A program made the position numbers and the translations under genes. From Pseudobacteriovorax sp. (GTDB taxonomy: Bacteria; Bdellovibrionota_B; Oligoflexia; Oligoflexales; Oligoflexaceae), in contig JBNKNM010000194.1 of the NCBI GenBank assembly GCA_050293845.1, positions 1 through 10,894 of the forward strand: a stretch of DNA of 10,894 nt, written 5' to 3'. Below the pieces are notes generated by a model. The model was not told the DNA's origin. It saw only the letters and a list, made by a program, of their open reading frames with translations, and ran no database searches. This document shows positions 1 to 8,300 of this stretch, piece after piece. Position 1 is the stretch's first letter, and every line of letters starts with the position of its first letter.

Positions 1-188
1 TATTTTGAATATCGTTGGTCAGCTTACGCCGTCTTTCTTACTTACTCAAACACCAATTTTTCTCATATCCCTGCCACTTTGAGTAATGTTCGATTTCAAA
101 AGAAATAAAGTGATTTCAGAAAACTTATTAGGGCGTAAATACAGTGTCTCTAGCTTTCTAGCATATGCAATTACTTGTAGATATTAAA

Positions 189-217
189 TTGACTCACCTA
201 ATTATTTGTACTATATC
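189..217 (+). promoter_or_regulatory. Possible sigma70 promoter for the SirB1-like gene
   Basis: TTGACT (189-194), 17 nt spacer, TATATC (212-217); the -10 is imperfect. Confidence 0.3.
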
Positions 218-276
218 CTAGGATTGTCATTAAGACTGCCTATCATATTACCAACCAGGAACTTGGAGTTCCCGCC

Positions 277-704
277 TTGTTAAGCAAACTATTGATTACA
301 TTAGTTATCCTTATCTCTAGTGCATCGTCTGCATCAGAGATTGCGAAAGTAAGGGAGTGGCTTTCTCTTCCAAAAGAGAAGATTGATTTTGCACAGATAA
401 AAGTAGGGATCGACAAAATGGTTGATCCAGCAGTAGATACCGAAGCTACTTTAAAAACACTCGATAGGATGGTCGCTGCAGTGTACAGCCTATTTAGACC
501 CAATGCATCTTCCATGGAAAAATATCTAGCCTTAAAAAAGTATCTTTATGAAAAGGGTCCCTGGAATAACAACCAGGCTTTTCAATATGATTTTGATGAT
601 CCCATGGGCTACAAAATCTCAAATAAAATTTTGGCTAACTACATCAAAAGCCAAAAAGGCAATTGCGTAAGCATGCCCATATTATTCTTGGTTTTAGGTC
701 AAAA
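277..704 (+). pseudogene. 3'-truncated secreted SirB1/transglutaminase-like (Transglut_core2-type) protein; ORF reads through to 780 on unrelated DNA
   Basis: TTG start with GGAG (265-268) 8 nt upstream; signal peptide MLSKLLITLVILISSASSA; motifs 'IDFAQIKVGIDKMVDP', 'FQYDFDDP' and 'KGNCVSMPILFLVLGQ' recalled from this family. The expected continuation (K/R-LG... then the His motif) is absent; after 704 the DNA is the antisense strand of an HNH gene. Confidence 0.8.
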
Positions 705-939
705 TTTCTGCGATTACAGGTCCTGCAAGTATTCTGAGCGTTGTCTATCGTATTGTTACCACCACGAGATTTGGGTATAGCATGATCTATTCAGATCTAG
801 TTGGACCAGGCTGTTTAGTAGTTTTCGATCCACAAAACACACAGGCATTTCCGCTTTCTGCACGTGCTTGATCTTTTACTTTTTGAGAAAAACCTTTACC
901 AGATCCTATACCACCAACGCTTCCAGCCTTTGTAGCATC
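705..939 (-). pseudogene. Orphan HNH endonuclease toxin tip, frameshifted and truncated
   Basis: Manual translation 939->790: DATKAGSVGGIGSGKGFSQKVKDQARAESGNACVFCGSKTTKQPGPTRSE, then TAG (789-787). Shifting one base at 790 gives IDHAIPKSRGGNNTIDNAQNTCRTCNRR. Together: CxxC...IDHxxPxSRGGxN...N...CxxCN, a zinc-binding HNH signature. No start codon in frame. Confidence 0.9.
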
Positions 940-1262
940 TAATTTCCATAAGTACCAAAGCCGTCTGTGTAGCCCCCGTGTTTACTTGCAATTTGAGATA
1001 GACGCATCTCAATGTCTACCACAGTGGACAGCTCGGGAACTATCTTCTTCGAACAATAACATGTCCACTCCGACGTTTCCTGATCATACTCGACATTTAC
1101 ATCGAACCCTAAAGCAGCTACTTCTGACGAAAAGTCAGTACCATTCGCCTTAGATGGCACTACTACAAAGAAGTCCAATAACATTGGTTTTGTTAAATCG
1201 AACCCATTTTTTTCAAACTCTTTTAAAACCTTAGCTGTTTCAAATTCTGAGTTATCTTTCAT
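939..1262 (-). CDS. RraB-family (ribonuclease E inhibitor RraB-like) protein, probable orphan immunity protein
   Basis: 107 aa acidic ORF with ATG start; 'GFDLTKPMLLDFFV...LGF...W...LSQIASKHGGYTDGFGT' matches the RraB-domain pattern ending GGxYDGWG; lies downstream of a toxin-immunity pair in the same orientation. Confidence 0.8.
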   Translation of the reverse strand: MKDNSEFETAKVLKEFEKNGFDLTKPMLLDFFVVVPSKANGTDFSSEVAALGFDVNVEYDQETSEWTCYCSKKIVPELSTVVDIEMRLSQIASKHGGYTDGFGTYGN

Positions 1263-1279
1263 AAAAATTTGCCCCGATT

Positions 1280-1444
1280 TTAGTCGTAAATCCCCTTTTC
1301 AAAGAGATCCTCCGGAAGTGATCCGTAATCAAAGATATCATCTGAGTGTCCAATAAATTCATCGTACTTATAACCTGACTTAGTCACAATTGAAAGGACT
1401 TCATGTTTACATTTTGTAGTCGATATCAAAAGGCCCGTATACAT
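1280..1444 (-). pseudogene. 54-codon acidic ORF, probably the 3' remnant of an orphan immunity gene
   Basis: Manual translation MYTGLLISTTKCKHEVLSIVTKSGYKYDEFIGHSDDIFDYGSLPEDLFEKGIYD*; stop is 17 nt before the RraB-like ATG; its own ATG lies inside the terminator hairpin without an RBS. Confidence 0.45.
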
Positions 1445-1460
1445 TTTGTACACAGGCTTT
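1428..1460 (-). terminator. Putative intrinsic terminator after the toxin-immunity pair
   Basis: Minus strand AAA-GCCTGTGTACA-AAA-TGTATACGGGC-CTTTT: 11-bp stem including two G-U pairs that form only on the minus-strand RNA, followed by a short U tract. Confidence 0.6.
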
Positions 1461-1588
1461 CGCTGTTAAGCTGATGACTTGGACTAGCTAGGGACTAGAG
1501 TCTGTAGTCATCCTTGGTGCATCTGGTTTGGCAATCCTCACCCTCAAGTCGATAGGCTTTCCGACGATGGGAATGGATGATTTTGGGT

Positions 1589-2053
1589 CTATCTGACTTG
1601 GTAAAATACAACACCTACTTCATCTTCAGGCTTTTGATCGGAGCTCAAAAGTTCAACTCTAAAGTCAATATTAGGAAATAGGTCTTTAAGCCTATATTTC
1701 CAGAGTTTTGCTATTGAGGCGGCTAGATATTGGTCTTGGGTGTCATCAGTATCACCTAAATACTTGCCAAACAAAGAGGAAATCTCAATGGTATTGAAAG
1801 ACTTTTCTGTAGCAGTTTTATCTCCTTTATTATGCTTTAAAGCACTCAAAATTCGACCCTTATCCTCTTGATCTTCAACATCTGATTCTAAAAATACCAT
1901 ATCTTGAAACTCTACAAAGTTTGGAGCGAAGAGGCCCAGATACATAAGAGCTAGAAGTGGGGACCCTTCAGAGTGTATAAAATCAAATAGATTGAAATTC
2001 TTCGTGTCTGATCCCTTAAAATATGACCTTAGGCTGTCATTCAAGTCAATCAT
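1589..2053 (-). CDS. Cognate immunity protein of the Rhs toxin (family not named)
   Basis: 154 aa acidic ORF, no signal peptide; ATG is 1 nt after the toxin stop (TAG-C-ATG), the canonical toxin-immunity arrangement. Confidence 0.85.
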   Translation of the reverse strand: MIDLNDSLRSYFKGSDTKNFNLFDFIHSEGSPLLALMYLGLFAPNFVEFQDMVFLESDVEDQEDKGRILSALKHNKGDKTATEKSFNTIEISSLFGKYLGDTDDTQDQYLAASIAKLWKYRLKDLFPNIDFRVELLSSDQKPEDEVGVVFYQVR

Positions 2054-2054
2054 G

Positions 2055-2310
2055 CTAGTACCCCAATGGTAATTCTAATGGTGATGGATCATGAGGAACC
2101 TTAAGTGGAGATCCAGCTCCCTTCCCTGACTTCGGCTTTAAAACAAACGGAGGTTCTTTACCTCCATGTTGTTTCCCTTGACCTCTAAACCTTTTTACCG
2201 GGTTTCCATTAGCATCGAACTCTGTATACCCAGTTACTTTTCCAGACATAGGATCTGTCTTGAACCTAGTATGCGGTATACCATTAGCCTTTGGATCTGG
2301 GCCAAGTTTA
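2055..2310 (-). other. Ntox24-like predicted RNase toxin domain
   Basis: 'LGPDPKANGIPHTRFKTDPMSGKVTGYTEFD..PVKRFRGQGKQHGG..P..PSPLELPLGY' matches the remembered Ntox24 pattern (Y, KR, H, terminal PxEhP). Confidence 0.7.
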
Positions 2311-5300
2311 TTAACTTTGCTCTTTGCGACTGCTGCGCCAACAACATGCTTAACAGCATACTTAACAGGAGCCTTCCCTATTGTATATATATCATAAGCC
2401 GTTTCAAAAGGAGCAGTATAAACATTTGCTAATTCTCTTGCAAATTTAACGTCTGCAGGTACGTCAATAGTTGGTCCTGTATGCTCGACCCAGCCACCGT
2501 CAACAGTGTCATAATGCGGTTCTTTAACTATTAAGCATCCTGATTCAGTGTAATGAGTAAGGTGATTAAACATAGCTGTAAAAGATGATGTTAGAATGCC
2601 ATTTTCGAAATTACCTCCAGTGAGTTCTGAGTTAATGCCACCAATGACAGTAGAACTTATAGCCGTAAACATTGGAGATTTTGATAATTCAGGAGGCACA
2701 TTGTCAAAGAAGCCTGCTGCCCCGGCTGAAGCTGCGAAGCCCGAAGCAAAATCACCACCATTATAGCTACTATAAGCTCCTCCCGATATACCGTGAGCAA
2801 CAATGTTTGCTACTCCTTGAAGCTTCTCACCAATTCCAAAGGAAACTAGAGACTGTAACATGCTCGTTCTAGCGTAGTCGTGGTTCCCATTACTTGCCAC
2901 ATAACCAGATGCATATCCACCGGCACCTACGGTAGCCCATCCAACCCAGGCCTGTCCAAAGTAGCCGGCTAAATATGGTGCATAAACTGTTGCAACTACC
3001 TGAATAGCGACACTCGCGGCCATACGTAGGTTTTCAGGTCTTCTAACCCACTTTTGAGCTTTGCTCAGTCCCTGGCCGATGACTTTGGCAGGATTAGAAA
3101 AGAATTTATCTACGCCTTTAAAAATATTACCTATGGAAAAATACCCTGTTGGATCGGTACCACTTAATGGGTTGTTCCACATGTAGCTGTAACGGTTATA
3201 ACTTTGTAGGTTAAAGGGATCTTGCACAAAGGGGTCTGGGCTTAGAAAACGCCCAATAACAGGATCATAGACCCTTCCTCCCATATGAATAAGATTAAGG
3301 TCATCAAGATGAATATGGTCTGTATAGCCTCGATCGGTGCTTTTTGATGTTTTTCCCAGTAACAAATCTAGAGTCTTGGGGTCCCTTCGTTGACCCCATG
3401 CATTATAGCTCAAACTTTCTATTTTAAGACCTTGAGAGTCGGTGATACTTACAACCGAACCTAGGTGATCCCGATGAAGATATTTTTCATCTAATTTATC
3501 ATCAGCAACTTCGATGAGTACATTAGCACTAATGTAATGCTTCCAAGTCCTTTTTCCATTTTTAAGGCGAAGCTCACCCCCTTGAGGGTAGAAAATTTCT
3601 TCTGTACCATTTGTAGTTACAGATTCTTGTTTTACCAGTTCTGACTTCGAACCATAAAACAATTTCCTATAGCTCTTTCTATTGCCAATATAGGATGGTT
3701 TACCTTGGGGAGAGTAGTTAATAATTCGATCACCTGAACTAGTCATTTGACCGATATTATTATAGCAATAACTCGTGCCATTGGCTTGTGTAACTGCATG
3801 GGGTCCAGCGTTGCAACCACCAGAGTATTGATAAGAACCCACAATATCAGATCGTGACTTTATGTTTCCTAGTTTGTCGTATGTCATGCTTAAAGAAGTA
3901 GAGTTATTTCTATTTACTCTTTCTAGGCGGTTAATTGTATCGTAGGAAAAGCTTTCCGAAATAGCTTCAATGTGATCAGTCCTTGACTTAAGGTTTCCAT
4001 TGGGATCATAAGTGTAGGATCTTTGGTCGACGGTAGCGTTATTGGAAGATACTTTAGAATTTTTGAGTAGACCTGTTTTAGAATCATACTCAAGCCGAGA
4101 GACAGTTCCATTTCCCAAGCTAAACTTAGTTGGTGATCCAAAGGAATTTTGCGTCTCCAGTTGCCAATATGTCTTTGCGTTATCTATAGAGCTAATCCTA
4201 TTCTGAATACCTTCATCAGAATAGTGATACCTATATTGGAAACCAGAAGGTAAGATTATTTCCTCTGGACGAGAAAGGTTATCGTAGCGTTTAGAGTAAG
4301 TAAATCGCTCACCATTAATGATTGTATTAACAGACTCTAAACGACTTAATTCATCATATGAGTAAATTTTTTCGATATTTTCATTACTAGTTTTATAGAG
4401 TAGGCCAAGACCATTAGTGGCAGTGTCATACTCCCATGACCCCTCCGATAGTATCTGGGCACCTTTTAAATACGTAACCTTAACCGGCCTACCTAACTTA
4501 TCATAGCTAGTTCTATTAATGTTACCCTCTTCATCAGACTCTTCGTATACAAGCCCCAAGCCATTATAGGAATATTCATGCTGTCCCATATCCGGATCGT
4601 TGAGAAAAGTCTGCTGACCAATGATATTGTATACTGCTACGTATTCATTATTCCCGCTGTCTATGGTTTTGATTAGTCTATTTTTAGCATCGTAGTAAAA
4701 AGATATTCTTTCACCTTTAGCATTCTCCACCCATTGTGTGGGACCAAAAGGTGATACATGTTTTGTCTCAGTATTACCTCTACGGTCTACTATTTTAGTA
4801 GTGTTTCTAGATCGTATAATAGTTTTCTTAGTTTGATCTGGATACCTTTCTTCTTTAATTCTATTTTGAGAATCATAGATATATTGAGTCCAGTAAAGTG
4901 GCCCTTCCGAACAAATAAACGGGATGCTAGTTTTCTCTACCGTACCGGTAGCATTATAATGAGTATCTACGCATGAATATCTAGCATTAAGTATCTTTTC
5001 CTTAGTTCTTATAGTTCTATCAAGCTTATCTTTATATGTGATAGTATGAATACCAGACGAAGTCTTTGATTCTATGAAGTAAACGGCGTTAGAAGGGCAG
5101 CTATTATCACACCAAAATTCGTTAGTCCAAGTTGTAAAGCCATCCGCTGTTGTCACAGAGACTACATTCCCCGTTTTGGAATAGCTATACCTGGTAGATA
5201 GGTCGTTAAAATCTGCATCTTCTATGATTTTTCTATAAATAGGCTGTCTTGTAAGTACCTTATCTTTAAGCCCAACTTCATTTTTGCTCTGCTCTAAAAA

Positions 5301-8300
5301 ACCTAGTTCATCAAAATTTTTAGAAGTGGATACTGAGTTGAAGGATAGACCGCCATTTAAAGCTGAACTCCACTCTCTAGTCTCGGTGTCGATGAGTCCA
5401 AAATTATTGCGGTACCTTGTGTAAGTAGTTGAAGATTCAAATTCTGTCCCTTTTTCAGAGATTTCTTTTACCAGTAGACCTTGATTATCATACTCAAAGT
5501 GAGCACTGTTTACGATGTCAGGGTATCCTATTTTTTCGGCAGTTACCGTTGAACTGGTTATTTTGCCAATAATCCAGTTCGTTTCATTTTCACTGTCATA
5601 GCTATTAACAGTTTTGCTTTTAATTTCGCCCAAATCATCTTTTGCAACTACTGTTGATTGTAGTAGATTACCTAGGTTATCAAATTCATTTTCAGTTGTA
5701 GTTTGAGAGAGCAGTTTACCTTCGTCGTCAAATCTTTCGTCTACTTTTTGTTGGGAATAGCTAAATATGTGGTGTTGTTGACTTGATAGGTTTTTATAAT
5801 TCCATAAAGTTGTTGTTCGACTCTTTTCAACATTTTTACCGTCAATAAGCCAAAACTCGGAGGATACTATTGGGTACCCAGCACTATAGTTTACATAATC
5901 ATGAGAATAGTTTATCTCCTTCCTGGTATTTGAACTGTGATCTATAGAAATCCATTTTTTAAATCCAAGATACCCAATACCTTGCTTGTGTAAAATCGCA
6001 TCTTCATATCTATACTCAATTTTTTTAAATCCTCCTCGTCCATCTGATTCCCGAAGAGAACTCACCAAATAGCCACCATGGGGCAAGGATTGTAGAGGAA
6101 AGGTTAGGTCAAGCTTCTTAGCATATATTGTACCAATTTTTCCTTCTTGATAGTCAACTATTGACTGTTTTCCGAAGGCATCTTGGATAGATTTCAATCG
6201 AATCGGTTTGGAGCTGTTTTTATAGCTTTGGATACCGTAGAATAAGTTCAAAAGACTTATTTCTGACGCACCATCTGCATTTGTATCCTGTAAGTATATG
6301 GGGTATCTCTTTTGCCATCTAGAAAGCTCAGAATGAGTCATATCGTACTTACTAGAATCTAGCTCAGAGCTATTGAAGGGTCTACCTTTACCTAAATAAA
6401 CCCTTAATAGTCCCTTCCTCACACCGATTATATCTTGATAGCCATCTAAATTGATATCTAAAATCATCCGGGATGAGTTTCGTTCCTTCCACCCACCATT
6501 ACTGTCAAAATCTCCTAACCAATGTGTTTCTTCCAAAAAAGAATACCCAGTATTCAGCCTAACAAAAACGCCACCAGCCCTAAAACCAACAACATCTAGA
6601 AGGCCATCGTTGTTCATATCAGCAAAAGTTCTTTTATCGTCGAGTACATTGTAAGATGCTTGAGCCCCAGAGGCACCCCAGTTGGAAGGTGTGGAAAAAT
6701 TGTAACCACTACCAAGGGAAACCCAGATACCGCCATACTTTAATCCCACGATATCCTGATGACCATCTCCATTGATATCTAGTACATTTCTGAATGATCT
6801 TTTGTTATCCCAGCCTCTAGCATAACTAAATTCCGATGAAACATAGCCAGTCCTATTGTATAGAGAAAAATTATCCCCGTTGTTTTTTAGGACAAAGATT
6901 CCTCTGGTACGGAATGTAATGATTTCGGGCTTATTGTCCCCGTCTAGGTCCGCCAAGTTCATAAAGGCAGTTCTTATTTGAATATCGCCCAATTGAGTAG
7001 TCATGTGGTTGGCTAGTCCTAAACCATCACGACCACCAAACAACACATAAACTCCAGTCCTATTACGAGGAACCTCGGATGAAGTTGTTGTAACAGTTGT
7101 TAATATGTCAACCCAGCCATCAGCATTGATATCCCTGATAAATACTGGGTCTTTTCGTGAGATCCACGTTGGGGGCAGGCCTGTTTGTGTTACTACCGGA
7201 GCAGCAAATCCGTCTGAACTTCCGTATTCAACTGAAAGTTCAGAAGTTGATAGTGTGAGTATATCGTCCCAGCCGTCGTTATTAACGTCAACAACGCTTC
7301 TTGCCATCTTGAGAGTTTTGTTAGAATCATCAACCCCGTAGCTTTCAACCAAACTCTGGGGAGAAAGGTTCAGTGTAGATTCCTGATAGTCAATCACTGT
7401 TGGCGGGATGCAGGAGTTGGCAATACAAAGTGATATATTATTTAATAGTTCACCCTGATTTTGCGACATAGATCTATAGTTAAGTTTATATTGCCAGGCA
7501 TCACCTTCAATATCTGACATAGTGATATTAGATATTCTTTTATCGAAGACTGAAAGCGCACCGCTATCATAGGAGCTTTGTGGATTAATATTGCTTTCAT
7601 ATGAAAAGTTGATAAATCTGTAGGGTTTGACGTTAAAATCACTGTTTCCACCATAAGAGATTTTTTTAATATAGTTCTGGTTGTTTTCATTAATATAATC
7701 GTATTTTATAAAGTTTCCTTTACGATCTATATTTTTATCTAATTTCCAGGAATATGTTTTGTTGTCTTTTCCCATAGTACGAGAATTAGTGTTGGAACCA
7801 AATGTTTGAATCTCTCCATTTTTACTATAGGCTTTAAAATATGAACTATTGAACACAATCTTAGTAAAATTATCGCTGGCCAAACGATAAACTTTGGCTC
7901 CAGATTCAACAGGATCATCGGACGGTACAAGTCTTTTACCATCTAAACAAAATTTACCATTATTGGAGTAATCTATAGGTCCAGATTTACCATCATAGTA
8001 AAGACTGTCAGGGCAGCGATGTATCTGGCTTAATCCAGATACAGTCCATCCATAGCCTAAATAACCCACTTTTTGATTAGAAGAATAATAAATTAATGAT
8101 AAATTTGGTGAAAAGCCATTTCCCGAAGTCAATGTTTTCAATTCAATTTGAGAAGAAAGTTGACCAAATTTATTAACAGATACATTGTACGGTACTTTTC
8201 CTATCAATTCTTGATTAGCTGCTAAAGCTGCTGAACTTTCTTCAATTTCATTACTAATATTCAGGTTGTAATTGTTATTGGCGTCTGAAAAACCACAGGA

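Noticed and set aside
1..108. Open plus frame of 35 codons and a 9-bp inverted repeat (42-50/78-86)
   Set aside because: Too short to support; could be a gene tail or chance in AT-rich DNA.
243..515. 90 aa minus-strand ORF
   Set aside because: Antisense shadow of the SirB1-like gene.
705..780. Cys/His-rich tail of ORF 277..780 as a metal-binding domain
   Set aside because: Explained as antisense read-through of the HNH remnant.
1367..1471. Possible integron attC site (GCTTAAC ... GTTATAA on the minus strand)
   Set aside because: Ends are not properly complementary, no L boxes are seen and there is no second copy.
1471..1512. CTGATGA as a hammerhead ribozyme core
   Set aside because: No GAAA core segment follows a stem II on that strand.
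2560..3100. Raised GC (31/60 at 2881-2940 versus 11/60 at 7681-7740) as a sign of horizontal acquisition
   Set aside because: Largely explained by Gly/Ala-rich codons in the pre-toxin region.
2166..7942. Short ORFs inside the Rhs gene (2166, 2672, 3923, 4758, 6451, 7105, 7442, 7739)
   Set aside because: Fully nested antisense or alternate-frame shadows with no recognisable motifs.
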